A stretch of 64,000 nt of DNA from a virus (IMGVR_UViG_3300021255_003269:735-64734); one strand, 5' to 3'. Counted from the stretch's first letter, positions 1 through 9,929 are shown. Notes: a model not told the origin generated them from the letters alone. Numbers and translations are program-made.

Positions 1-2423
1 CTTGCTTCTTCTGCCAATCTCTTCAGTTTGTTGGCATAATTTGCATAAATGGTTTCCTGAATAGTTCCTGAAGATAGTGTAAAGGCATCATTGGTTTCCG
101 CCATTTTTGTGGATTTAACAGTACTCCTGATTTCTTTACCATGTTTATTGGTATAGGTTCTGCCTGTTTCCTCAAAAATCTTTTCGCCATTGTAAAACCG
201 TTCCCGTTGTTCAGGTGTCATTCGCTTCGGATTGGTGATCAGCCTTCTGGCGAACGGATCTTCTTCAGAGCTCGCTTTGGATATCAGAGTAGATGCTCCT
301 CGTTTCGGACCGCCTTGGTATTTGGTCTTCAATTCGGCAATACCATTATCTCGTTCAGACTGTTTCCAATCCAGATGGTGCTTTTCAGCATCAATAACAA
401 CCATGGAATGTCTTACAGCTCGTTCAAGTTCGCTGTCTGTGGCACCTTTGATTGTCATATCAGTGATCAGGTTTGATACACTGCCCATTTCTCGCTGCTT
501 ATGGAATCCATGATCAGCATCAACCGGAGGTGCATCATCTTTTAACTGATACATATCAGTGCTGAAGTTTCGAAGTCCTTCAAGCACTGGTCGAACAGTG
601 ATCCGTTTATCATTGTTCGGAATAACAAGGATCGTATCGCCATCAAAGTCTGCGCCAGACATCTTTGCTGCCATCTTTGGATGGATCATCACAGCATCAA
701 TGGCCAATGTGCCATCAGGTCTGGTCAGAATATCTTTCGCTCGCTTATCCCTATTATTGACAACAAAGTCACCAGCTTCAAAGTTTCCGCCATAAGGATG
801 CCTGATACCAACAAGATGCTCGCCATCATTATAATCATAAGCAACGATCTCGTTTTCTTTCAGCCAGGGTGCTGGCAATATCACACGGCTTCTTTGCCTC
901 GGCAGTGAAGCGCCTTTCAAATGAACTGCAGCGGCATCACAATCATCTGCAAAGCTGCTCATCAATTTGCTCTTGACTGCCGGATTCTGAAGCATATTGA
1001 TCTCGTCGAATTCTTCTTTACGAATATCATAGGCTTCTTTAAGCTGGCTTTGAATCAAACTAGGCCGTTGCTTGGAAAGAAACTGACTGCTCAAAGTCTT
1101 TGACCATTCGTTCCAGTTTCCTTCTTCGTTAACGATGTTCAGAACACTTTGTTGCTTTTTACCGTCTTTATCAATATAATGTCGTTGCGCCCTAATAAGG
1201 TCCTTGTCGTCCCTAATGGTTGCTCCAAACGGATTCGACGGATCAGCATCCTTTTTAATCGGTTTAAAGACCGATGTGTCTGAGGAGTGCCCAAACTTGT
1301 CTGTTCCTTTTGGCTTATTCGTATTAAATATAATGTCAACTCCTGGCGGGAAATCTTTATCATCGCCATACAATGCCATTCCTTTCAAGTAATGTGTAGG
1401 ATCGGGATTGTTGGAGTCTTCTCGTGTGGCAATACGAACCTGGGCATACAGAGCTCGACCTAATGAAATATCATCCACACCACGGCGAAGCTCAATCGTT
1501 CCATCACGGTCCTTGCCTCCTTCTTCAGCATAACGGACCATAATCCGTTTGGCATCCACAGGCTTAGGAGGCGAAAGCTTCTCAAATGAATATCCATGGT
1601 CCTCACTATAGAAGTTCGGAATGGCCAGTTTGTCTTTGTTCTTGGCAATCTCACCATAAGGAACATCATTTTTAGTCAGGATCTTGATTCTTGTTCTCTG
1701 GCCGGTTCCCTGCTGTTGCTGATAAACGGTGGAAACTTTATAACCTTGTTCCTCCATAATCAGTACGGCATTCTTAAGTTTCTGGTTGGAAACGCCCAAA
1801 TACTTTTCAACACCAGCACCGACATCAATATACCGATTATCTTCGACAGCCTGTTTAAGGGCATTGATGACATTCTGTGTTTGCTCAGATCTGGCATTGC
1901 TTTTAGGTTCGAGAAGACTTCGAACAGAGCTTTCATTCGGCAGCTTCATTCGTTTGGCAATTGCAGGATAGCTCATGCCTTTATCACGAAGCCTGGTTGC
2001 TTCAGCAACTCGCTCTTTTCTCATTTCGTCCTCAGCCATACTCAGCTTAGCACGAAACACACTGGTGGTCATGCCCATGCTTCTGGCAATCTCCGTATTG
2101 CTCAGGCCCTTAGACCTAAGCCTTTCCACATTGCCCTTGAAGTTGGCATATCGCTGATAAGGGTTTTCACCGCTTCCCCAAGGATATCTGCCAGAGTGTC
2201 TTGGTGTGCCATAATGCACAAGCACTCCGAGGCTATCCAAGTCCACCATTTCGGTGTAAGGATCATACAAAGGATACAATCGGTTGTTTGCCGGTAATAT
2301 CCCAGCATGAGACAGAGTTCCATCTGTTAATCCCTTAACCTGGATCCCTGTCGCTTCGGTGAATGATCTCGCTGCTGCCAACAGAATATCATCCGCCAGT
2401 AACTGAGTCTCTTGGTCGTTCAT
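1..2423 (-). CDS. Single-chain two-barrel RNA polymerase (YonO/RdRP-like), 3' end truncated by the window edge
   Basis: Hand translation gives an open frame from ATG at 2423 (SD GGAGG) to position 1, about 807 aa. It contains SGADFDGDT at ~636-659 (beta-prime-type catalytic loop), the motif HYGTPRHSGRYPWGSG, and two N-terminal HTH-like segments. Missing from the ORF track because there is no stop codon in the window. Confidence 0.9.
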   Translation of the reverse strand, partial: MNDQETQLLADDILLAAARSFTEATGIQVKGLTDGTLSHAGILPANNRLYPLYDPYTEMVDLDSLGVLVHYGTPRHSGRYPWGSGENPYQRYANFKGNVERLRSKGLSNTEIARSMGMTTSVFRAKLSMAEDEMRKERVAEATRLRDKGMSYPAIAKRMKLPNESSVRSLLEPKSNARSEQTQNVINALKQAVEDNRYIDVGAGVEKYLGVSNQKLKNAVLIMEEQGYKVSTVYQQQQGTGQRTRIKILTKNDVPYGEIAKNKDKLAIPNFYSEDHGYSFEKLSPPKPVDAKRIMVRYAEEGGKDRDGTIELRRGVDDISLGRALYAQVRIATREDSNNPDPTHYLKGMALYGDDKDFPPGVDIIFNTNKPKGTDKFGHSSDTSVFKPIKKDADPSNPFGATIRDDKDLIRAQRHYIDKDGKKQQSVLNIVNEEGNWNEWSKTLSSQFLSKQRPSLIQSQLKEAYDIRKEEFDEINMLQNPAVKSKLMSSFADDCDAAAVHLKGASLPRQRSRVILPAPWLKENEIVAYDYNDGEHLVGIRHPYGGNFEAGDFVVNNRDKRAKDILTRPDGTLAIDAVMIHPKMAAKMSGADFDGDTILVIPNNDKRITVRPVLEGLRNFSTDMYQLKDDAPPVDADHGFHKQREMGSVSNLITDMTIKGATDSELERAVRHSMVVIDAEKHHLDWKQSERDNGIAELKTKYQGGPKRGASTLISKASSEEDPFARRLITNPKRMTPEQRERFYNGEKIFEETGRTYTNKHGKEIRSTVKSTKMAETNDAFTLSSGTIQETIYANYANKLKRLAEEA

Positions 2424-2427
2424 CTTG

Positions 2428-3066
2428 TCATACCTCCAAGAATTTGTTTTCGATCACCTCATTATCATGGATGACCGTCTCTATAATAGCAGAAATATCC
2501 TTTTGTGTGGGGGAATGACACAGAACCTCATTGTTCTGATAGATCCTCAGTTCTGTTCTGCTCTTCTGGAAATTGACTTGCTTTTTGTATTCAAGATAGA
2601 ATAATGCCGCATATATCATTAGCTGGTCCATGCTTGCCGGGTTGGTGCCTGTTTTAAGATCATGAATCCTCAGCACGTTCCGTCCATAGCTAAGTGTGTC
2701 TGCTGTGCCAAATATAAATTCAGAATAGCACACCACCAACTCAGGTGTCATCTTAAACCCAATAGCATCATTGACATAGGGGAGAAGGTTGTAAAACAAA
2801 CGATCTATGTCTATCACTCTGAACGGAATCCCATTCTGTAGCAAATATAACAGAAGAGCATTCTTTTCACTTAAATTGTCGTCCATTGGGAGACGATAAG
2901 CGATTCGATCTTTTGCATAGCTATGAACAAGCGTGCCTATCGGCTGTGAATAGCTGTTGATGTAACGCGCTATCAATTGGTCGTCATTATCATTCAGCCA
3001 ACTGTGCTTACTGGCACCCAATACAGCATGCTTGCCTTCAAGTTCCGAATGTTTGTTGAAGATCAT
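2428..3066 (-). CDS. PD-(D/E)XK exonuclease (Cas4/RecB-like)
   Basis: Motif FGTAD...IHDLKTG...QLMIYA; lies in the replication/recombination block. Confidence 0.8.
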   Translation of the reverse strand: MIFNKHSELEGKHAVLGASKHSWLNDNDDQLIARYINSYSQPIGTLVHSYAKDRIAYRLPMDDNLSEKNALLLYLLQNGIPFRVIDIDRLFYNLLPYVNDAIGFKMTPELVVCYSEFIFGTADTLSYGRNVLRIHDLKTGTNPASMDQLMIYAALFYLEYKKQVNFQKSRTELRIYQNNEVLCHSPTQKDISAIIETVIHDNEVIENKFLEV

Positions 3067-3328
3067 TCAGCACATCCTCCTCGTTTTCTGGAAATATAAA
3101 ACGGCTAAAGCTCATTCCATCCAGCATCGAAACATAATAATCCTGATTCGGCTGATGGCTTGCTTCAGCATCCTTCTTGCACTCCAGAACTGCCCAGTGA
3201 TCTTTATAGAGCACAGTCAGATCTGGAAAGCCTTGCAAATATCCAGCATCGTTTTTGAGGATGACGCAGCCTGGAAATCGATTCTTCAACTTTTTAATCA
3301 AGTTTGCTTGGAAGGTACTTTCTTTCAT
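3038..3328 (-). CDS. VRR-NUC nuclease
   Basis: MKESTFQ...GFPDL...LECK...NQDYY motif; start re-called at the SD-preceded ATG 3328. Confidence 0.85.
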   Translation of the reverse strand: MKESTFQANLIKKLKNRFPGCVILKNDAGYLQGFPDLTVLYKDHWAVLECKKDAEASHQPNQDYYVSMLDGMSFSRFIFPENEEDVLNDLQQTFGT

Positions 3329-3387
3329 GAAAACCTCCAAAAAGAAATAAAACATGTCCTTTCTTTAAAGACATATCTTACTCCTCT

Positions 3388-3413
3388 CTATAATAGAGTA
3401 TGTTTTTCACGCG
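3388..3413 (-). promoter_or_regulatory. Phage promoter motif copy 1 (CGCGTGAAAAACATACTCTATTATAG)
   Basis: Matches the 11-copy consensus (C/A)GCG-N2-AAAAACA-N5-TATAATGA; upstream of VRR-NUC, exonuclease and RNAP. Confidence 0.7.
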
Positions 3414-3435
3414 TGCTGCGAAATCCCTTGTGAAA

Positions 3436-4713
3436 TCAGGCGTTTTCGTCGCTTCGCTTTTCATTTTTTACGAAACCTGTCACACTTTTGGGTTTTGAGC
3501 CTCCAATAAAGGCCGATTCGTTAAAGTTTTTCTTATTTTTCAATGCCCTGGCCATCGCCAAATCGATCTTGCTATCGCTTGTCAAATAATAGTAATATAA
3601 ATCATGATAGGCGGTGTTCAATCTGTCGATCCTGCCAGCTGCCTGCACCATTGTCTTATAACTATAGTTTTGACTATAGAATATAACAGTGTCCGTTTCT
3701 ATGCAGTTCCAGCCTTCGGCTCCGGCAGTGTATTGTACAAGATAGGCCCATCGTCCACCAGTTGGCAATGGCTCATGTTTCTGTCCGTTCCATTCTGCAA
3801 ATGGCCAATTAATGTTTAATAACGTTTCTCTGAGAATGTCCAGCTCATAGTTATAGTTATAGAATATAATTGCACGACGTTTTTCGAACAATATCCTGGT
3901 TATGGAGTTTGCCCGTTCCGGATCGGAATTAACGATCCTCCGCAAGGTATAGCACAACTCTGAAGCTTCTTTGATCGGCTCTTCTGTGTAAGGATTAAAA
4001 CGATGTTTCATTGCAATATCATACAAAGCTTTGCTGTATCCTGTTCTGATCGTCATACTATGGGGGACCGTGCTCTTTTCGAATGACATGCCTACAAGAA
4101 TACTATCACGAAACTTCTCCAATTGCTTTATGTTGCAATATCCACGGATCTGAGGGTACCTTGTGTTGAATCGGTTGTAAATGACATACAACCTCTGAAA
4201 CTCCGTTTTATTCTTAACAAAACCATTGGCTATGAACACTGGTAGATAGTCCATCCAGCAATCTCCTGGAGTGGCACTGAGCAATATCCATTGGTTTCTG
4301 GCTGTGATCTTTAAAAAAGCCTTTGTCCAAGCGCCATAACCAACAACGCGTTGCTCATCAAATATAAAAAAGCATCCTGTAATGGATGTATATTTTTTAA
4401 TATTATTCCAGCTGTCAATTGCCACATGTGCGCCTTTATAACTAGCAGAAGGGTCTGTACTGAGTCCGAATCTGGCGCATTCTCCTTCCCATTCAAAGGT
4501 GTCACGTTTTCTGGCAGTGGTGATAATATAAAGGTCTTTCGGTTTACGCATATTCTCGCAAACTTTGTTGAAATAATAGGCGAGACCCGTTATACTTTTG
4601 CCACTGCCCGTTCCGCCCCAAAGGATCGAACCATTATGCAATCTGTCAAGAGCTGCTTTCTGATGTTCAAATAACTGCATAAAGTGTGGAGAGCGAAGAA
4701 TATCACTCTTCAC
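3436..4713 (-). CDS. SF2 (SNF2-like) helicase
   Basis: Walker A GGTGSGKS, FDEQ, SATP, AGAEGWN and QAAGRIDR motifs. Confidence 0.9.
   Translation of the reverse strand: MKSDILRSPHFMQLFEHQKAALDRLHNGSILWGGTGSGKSITGLAYYFNKVCENMRKPKDLYIITTARKRDTFEWEGECARFGLSTDPSASYKGAHVAIDSWNNIKKYTSITGCFFIFDEQRVVGYGAWTKAFLKITARNQWILLSATPGDCWMDYLPVFIANGFVKNKTEFQRLYVIYNRFNTRYPQIRGYCNIKQLEKFRDSILVGMSFEKSTVPHSMTIRTGYSKALYDIAMKHRFNPYTEEPIKEASELCYTLRRIVNSDPERANSITRILFEKRRAIIFYNYNYELDILRETLLNINWPFAEWNGQKHEPLPTGGRWAYLVQYTAGAEGWNCIETDTVIFYSQNYSYKTMVQAAGRIDRLNTAYHDLYYYYLTSDSKIDLAMARALKNKKNFNESAFIGGSKPKSVTGFVKNEKRSDENA
3470..3492 (+). repeat. 23-bp exact inverted copy of origin iteron 9614-9636
   Basis: ACGAAACCTGTCACACTTTTGGG is the reverse complement of 9614-9636. 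Confidence 0.9.
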
Positions 4714-4736
4714 CCTCCACTCTCCACACTCCTTTC

Positions 4737-5270
4737 TTAGTCGTCCATAATGCCAGCCTTCAGATCATCAAGGCTGCCTTCGTCTTCAAAGATTCGCACG
4801 ACCATCTTGCTCAGGTAAGCGGTTACACCAGTATAAGTCCTGCTTTCGCTCCAACGCCCACGAATGGTCAGGTTGGCCTTTACGATCTGAGCAGAATCCA
4901 GATCACCAACATTACTTTCGTCCATCAGCATTTCACCCTTGCTGCTGACGACGAGGATCTTCGGATTAAGACGGGCAAGATCACTGTCTGCAGGATGATA
5001 CTTTACCTTTACTCGCAACAAATATGTAGGTTCAGCCTGAGGATCACGAGGATTCTCGTTCTTCTTAATGTTCCAGCCTTCTTCCATCAGTTTCTCAACA
5101 TCAACCTGGGAAGGATCCAGAAACACACAGAAATTCCGATCGCCTTCACGGTTATACTGGCCGATCTCCAAGCCACGGAAGTTACGAGGAGTCCAGCGTT
5201 CCGTATTGTAAGGGATGTTCATGTCCTTCAGGATCATCGGTTCAATCGTCTTATGCATAGAAGTTTCCAT
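4737..5270 (-). CDS. Putative single-stranded DNA-binding protein
   Basis: RNFRG...GDRNF pattern, acidic C-terminus, position between polymerase and helicase. Confidence 0.65.
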   Translation of the reverse strand: METSMHKTIEPMILKDMNIPYNTERWTPRNFRGLEIGQYNREGDRNFCVFLDPSQVDVEKLMEEGWNIKKNENPRDPQAEPTYLLRVKVKYHPADSDLARLNPKILVVSSKGEMLMDESNVGDLDSAQIVKANLTIRGRWSESRTYTGVTAYLSKMVVRIFEDEGSLDDLKAGIMDD

Positions 5271-5294
5271 AATATAAATCTCCTTTAATCTTTT

Positions 5295-8200
5295 TTAATT
5301 ATCCCATGGTAAATCAATTTTTGGGTTTTGAGGGTATGGAGCATCGCTGACGAACAAATCAAAAGGCCCAAACTTCTCTATTTCAGCTTTGGCTTCCGCC
5401 GTTCGTTTATCATAGTAGCTACGATCCACCTGGTCTTCCAAACCAAGCTCCCGGACCACTTCGTACTCTTTCCAGCGATATCCTTTTGCGCCATTGGCGC
5501 TGTCATATTTACCTTTATTCTCTCGGACAAGTTCACCGCCATTGCAACCAGGCTTAATCGGGCAGAACGCTCCGCACTTTCCAACGAACACATAATTGTG
5601 CTCATCTTTGCTCAGGTTTTCGTTCATATCCAAATATAAAGCCGTCGTTACGCTATTGACTTCGTACATGTCCTCAAGAGTGATCGGCTCATGTGTAAAC
5701 AGTGTCTTGAACAGATAGCTGTCTTTGAACCAATCTCCGGTTTCAGTCCATTCTCCACCATGATCGTAAAGATCACTTGGAATATAACCATACTTGGCCT
5801 CGGCAGCCTCTTTTGTGTCATACCTGGCAACATAGTCTGCTTTTGTGATCAGGCACATCCGCTCATATGTCGCTTCATGCTCAAAGGTATAGCCATACAG
5901 TTTTCCATAGTCCATGACAAACTTAATAATATCAGGCGTTGCATTCGGGATCTTGATAGAGTCTGTCTTAATATGAGCGACAGTGAATCCTCTCTGCTGC
6001 ACTTCATGCTTTAAGTTGATCATGAACAACGCTCCGCGTTTTGCGACAATGTTATCCACATTCCGTTTATCGCGGAACGGATTATCAAACTTGGCGCTGG
6101 TCAATCCGTATACCGAGTTGATGGCTATCTTAAGTGCCCCTGACAAAGCCTTCGCCTGTTTAGGATCGTTCAGATACTTAGTGAGCTTTCCGCCAAACAG
6201 TTCCTTTGCTTTGTCATATTCTTTGTGCTTAATGTAGATACGAGCCTGCAGAATATCATCAAAGTTCTTAGTATACTCTCCAAGCAATTGCTCAGCTTTC
6301 AGACTATGCGGATGCATGGAAGCAATATCAAGCAATGCCACATTACAGTGAATGCCTGGCTCGGAGTATACATAGCCGCCTTCGCCAACTTCCTCGCCAC
6401 GATATATGCTGGCATAGTATGGTTTCTTTAATGGTAATCCGGATTCATCGGTGGTTATCTGCTTATACTCGTATTTTGGGAACACAGGACGCCCAAGAGA
6501 ATCGAACATCGTCCACTCAGGATCCAAGCCCATCTCGGCCGGTCCGTGTGTGTAGTTCTCAAGCGGTTCGGTAATAGCACCCATGTTTCGGTAATTAAAC
6601 TTACTTTGAGGATGTTTATCATCGCCAAATATAATACGAGTTGTCAGACTGTTTGTTGTAGAGTTAACGCTCATTCCAGCAATATCCGCCAGAATCTGAC
6701 GTGCCGTCCAGTCTGCCTGGCGATCTTCAGAGAAGAACAGAGCTTCAGTGGCAAGCACGTCGTTGTCGCAATAAGCAGCCACTTCCGTCCATTTATCTTC
6801 GGGAACTGGTTCGTTCCATGGCATGCCAAGTTCCTTATGGTGAATGCCCAAGTCGATCTCAAACTTCTTCAAGCTTTGCTTTTTGCTTGAGAAATCGAGA
6901 ATATCCGTCAGACTATAATCCCATGCTTCCCGAAAATAGCCAACACCATTTTCAATAATATCACGACTGACCTGATAGACACGTTCTGGTGGGTAACCAA
7001 GCCGAATGGCATGAAGAATATGATTGTCATACTTCCTGCAGTTAAAACCAATCAAATCATACTTAAGTAATTCCTCAATATCAGTTGGCTTCGGATTGAT
7101 CATGCGAACCACTTTGTTTTCTGGTCCGGCGATCTTCCAGTTGACCATGTTGACATTAGGGAACACTTCAATATCAAAGAACACGATCACACCCTTATGC
7201 TCTGTCGCGATTGGTGTGCTGGCGTCCTGTGACATCCACTTCATCTTTCTGACCAGATCAGTGCAATATCTTTTGTTGTTGGTGCTGCCCATAGCAAAGC
7301 TATAGACCGAAGAACGGAGTCTGCTTACATCATAGTGCTTTCCGCTGTCGTAAGCCTGATCCAGGATCATCTTGATGTAATCGCAGCTCGACTTGGTGCT
7401 CGGGCAGCTATCGATCTCCTTTCTCATAGCTTTATTGATGCAGTTTGTTAGATACCGCTCAATCTCAACAACAGAAATATCTATCATGTTGTTACTCTTT
7501 TCTTTCTTTGGCTTCTGGGGGAGACCACTGGAAATGGTCGCTATTGGAATATCATTACAGTAACTCAGCTTTCTTCTGATCGGAGCTTTTCCACGAAAGA
7601 CTTTGACCTCTACATTTTTGGCATAAAGCGAGAGTAAGGTATCCGTGTCACCTGTATACCTGTAATATAAATGAACGCCAGCTCCACTTTTACTGAATTC
7701 AGCATAAGTCGCTGGCCATTTACTGGCGGCATCCAGATTCAGTTGTGCGTCTTTCTCGCCTTTTTCATTTTTCAAATCAAAGTCGATCATGATCAGCCAT
7801 TCCGGAGGCAGAATATAATGAACTTTGGAAGTGTCCAGGTCTTTCAGTGTTGTTTTGACTTTGTTCCAGGACACCATTCCATCTTCATACTGTGCTTTGC
7901 AATCCTTCAGAATATCATCGAGCAAGCTCTTTGTGCAACTCAATTTGGGAGAATCGTCGACTACCTTCTCAGGTTCTGCACTTTTGCTGTCAGATTCTTC
8001 GCCACTAAGACAATTCTTCTTGAACCCTGTGTACCAGCTTCGAACCTGTACACCATTTACTCTCGTAACTGGAAGAAAGCTGTCGAAATAGTTCTTCAGT
8101 TCATCGCCAAACTTATGCCTCGGATACGCTTTCCTTGTGCGGTCGTCAATGCCAGCTTCGTCGCAGAATGTATTCCACATACTGAACGCATTTTTTAGAC

Positions 8201-9317
8201 TGACCCCATCTTGTAATGCAAAAACATCATACCTGTCTTCGATAAAGTTCAGGAATGCATTTGTTCTGTACATCATTCCGATTGGTTTGTATTCGTCATA
8301 GAAATGCCGTCCAAGCTGCTTATATACTTGAAGACAATGGTAGGCGATACCACCTAGCTCGAACCCGATTCTCTCCATCAGATTGCTGTATTTATTTCCT
8401 GGAATCGGATTCGATTTCTTATTCTTTGGCTCGATATCAATCAGTCTTCGAATCAGACCGCTTTCCTGATCTTTTATCTTGACAGGTTCATTACTGCCAA
8501 TGAATAATGTGCAATGCGGAATATAAGGGTAATGTGGCTTGCCCTTTTCATTCATTAGGATCCGCTCATGACTTACAATGCTGTTCAGTCTTGTAGCGAT
8601 TTCAATGTGGCTCAAATCACCGTCTTCATCAATAGCTACCAACGGATTCGTTCTGAAGCTTTCCATACTGAAATCTTTTGAATCCAGGCATAGAGCTTTT
8701 GAATCAAATACTGCATCATATCCTTGAAACAGTTTTCCGATAATTTTAAGAACCGTTCCTTTGCCAGTTCCTCCTTTACCATACAGCACATAGAACTTTT
8801 CGATCTTCCTGCTATCCCCGCTTAGAATGCTTCCGATCGCCCATTCAATTTTCTGCCGTTCTTCTGGAGCATATAGCAGATCCATCATTTCGTCATATGC
8901 GTCATGACTTGCTTGTGTCAATGTGTATGGCAACCGTTTACTGGCATAGTCGGATCTTGTTACTTCTGTATCTGCAAATATCAGTTTGTCATCGAGTGGA
9001 GTGAACCTGTCCGGCATCTTACTGACATAATCCCGGTATTTGCTCCAACTTCCTGTCCGGAACGATTCCATGCTTGATACCTTGACGAATGGCTCGCCAG
9101 CATTCTCAAGCTCGGTCTTCTTTTTGAACAACTCTTTATCAATGACGTTCTTAACATCATACTCGTTCGTTGACCAAAGACCGGCTTCTTCGTTCCATAT
9201 GGCATAGAAGCTTTTACCTCGGATCATCAGATCAGAATTCTTATCGCCTGTGTGAAAATCAGGGCAGATTTCTGTTCCGTTTTTTGAACGATTCACAACA
9301 ATGCTATAAAAATTCAT
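5295..9317 (-). CDS. SF3 helicase-AEP primase-3'-5' exonuclease-family B DNA polymerase fusion
   Basis: GKGGTGKGT Walker A; DFD...SKSGAGVHLYY AEP motifs; FFDIE exonuclease; LDIASMHP, KIAINSVYG and KTDS PolB motifs, all in one 1340-aa ORF. Confidence 0.85.
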   Translation of the reverse strand: MNFYSIVVNRSKNGTEICPDFHTGDKNSDLMIRGKSFYAIWNEEAGLWSTNEYDVKNVIDKELFKKKTELENAGEPFVKVSSMESFRTGSWSKYRDYVSKMPDRFTPLDDKLIFADTEVTRSDYASKRLPYTLTQASHDAYDEMMDLLYAPEERQKIEWAIGSILSGDSRKIEKFYVLYGKGGTGKGTVLKIIGKLFQGYDAVFDSKALCLDSKDFSMESFRTNPLVAIDEDGDLSHIEIATRLNSIVSHERILMNEKGKPHYPYIPHCTLFIGSNEPVKIKDQESGLIRRLIDIEPKNKKSNPIPGNKYSNLMERIGFELGGIAYHCLQVYKQLGRHFYDEYKPIGMMYRTNAFLNFIEDRYDVFALQDGVSLKNAFSMWNTFCDEAGIDDRTRKAYPRHKFGDELKNYFDSFLPVTRVNGVQVRSWYTGFKKNCLSGEESDSKSAEPEKVVDDSPKLSCTKSLLDDILKDCKAQYEDGMVSWNKVKTTLKDLDTSKVHYILPPEWLIMIDFDLKNEKGEKDAQLNLDAASKWPATYAEFSKSGAGVHLYYRYTGDTDTLLSLYAKNVEVKVFRGKAPIRRKLSYCNDIPIATISSGLPQKPKKEKSNNMIDISVVEIERYLTNCINKAMRKEIDSCPSTKSSCDYIKMILDQAYDSGKHYDVSRLRSSVYSFAMGSTNNKRYCTDLVRKMKWMSQDASTPIATEHKGVIVFFDIEVFPNVNMVNWKIAGPENKVVRMINPKPTDIEELLKYDLIGFNCRKYDNHILHAIRLGYPPERVYQVSRDIIENGVGYFREAWDYSLTDILDFSSKKQSLKKFEIDLGIHHKELGMPWNEPVPEDKWTEVAAYCDNDVLATEALFFSEDRQADWTARQILADIAGMSVNSTTNSLTTRIIFGDDKHPQSKFNYRNMGAITEPLENYTHGPAEMGLDPEWTMFDSLGRPVFPKYEYKQITTDESGLPLKKPYYASIYRGEEVGEGGYVYSEPGIHCNVALLDIASMHPHSLKAEQLLGEYTKNFDDILQARIYIKHKEYDKAKELFGGKLTKYLNDPKQAKALSGALKIAINSVYGLTSAKFDNPFRDKRNVDNIVAKRGALFMINLKHEVQQRGFTVAHIKTDSIKIPNATPDIIKFVMDYGKLYGYTFEHEATYERMCLITKADYVARYDTKEAAEAKYGYIPSDLYDHGGEWTETGDWFKDSYLFKTLFTHEPITLEDMYEVNSVTTALYLDMNENLSKDEHNYVFVGKCGAFCPIKPGCNGGELVRENKGKYDSANGAKGYRWKEYEVVRELGLEDQVDRSYYDKRTAEAKAEIEKFGPFDLFVSDAPYPQNPKIDLPWDN

Positions 9318-9339
9318 GCCATCAATTCTGTATCTCCTT

Positions 9340-9740
9340 TCTGTCAGATTTTTTTCGCGTTGTGACAGGTTTGTGACAAAGCTGCGTTTTTTTTAGCTAT
9401 TTTTATTTCTTTATAAATTTTTTATTTTTCTAATTCAATCTACTACTAAAAATGCACTTTTGTCACAAAACTACTAAAAACCCTTGATATATCAGCATTT
9501 TTAGCAGCTGCGTTTTTCATTTTCGACTGTCACACTGTGACGTTTTTTTGTCACAAAAACTGTAACGCCTTCGCTCTCATCTCTTTTTTCATCAAAAAAC
9601 CTGTCACAATTACCCCAAAAGTGTGACAGGTTTCGTTCAATTGTGACAGGTTTCGTTCAATTGTGACAGGTTTTGTGACGTTTTTTGAAGCATCAAAAGT
9701 GCTTTTTTGGGGGTCTTCCGGCACGTTTTGTCACAGGTTC
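9340..9740. repeat. Putative replication origin with 12 TGTGAC/GTCACA iterons
   Basis: Copies at 9361, 9372, 9462, 9529, 9536, 9550, 9603, 9622, 9642, 9662, 9674 and 9730; a tandem 20-bp unit TGTGACAGGTTTCGTTCAAT; AT-rich 9385-9450; directly upstream of the polymerase gene. Confidence 0.8.
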
Positions 9741-9929
9741 TGCATTTTCAGCAAAATAATTTTTGCCAAAAATCAGTGTTCCGACCAGTTTTCCACGATG
9801 AATCCACTGCCTGATCTGGCCTTCAGTAGTCCCATTTATGAGGCAATACTCATGAATATCAACATATTTTCCATCCGGAATCCCGTCCAATTTATGCCCA
9901 CAAGTTTCCCCATTTTTGACAATTATCAA
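9693..9929 (-). CDS. Small HTH (MerR/excisionase-like) DNA-binding protein
   Basis: EYCLINGTTEGQIRQWIHRGKL resembles a winged HTH; overlaps the last iteron. Confidence 0.55.
   Translation of the reverse strand: MIIVKNGETCGHKLDGIPDGKYVDIHEYCLINGTTEGQIRQWIHRGKLVGTLIFGKNYFAENAEPVTKRAGRPPKKHF

Noticed and set aside
1139-2323. Short minus-strand ORFs 1139-1369, 1460-1669 and 2102-2323
   Set aside because: They are alternative frames inside the RNA polymerase gene.
2428-3066. Cas4 as part of a CRISPR-Cas system
   Set aside because: PD-(D/E)XK nuclease in a replication block; no Fe-S cysteine cluster, no other cas genes and no array.
9341-9360. Additional promoter-motif copy upstream of the polymerase (CGCGAAAAAAA)
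   Set aside because: It lacks the CA-N5-TATAAT half of the consensus.
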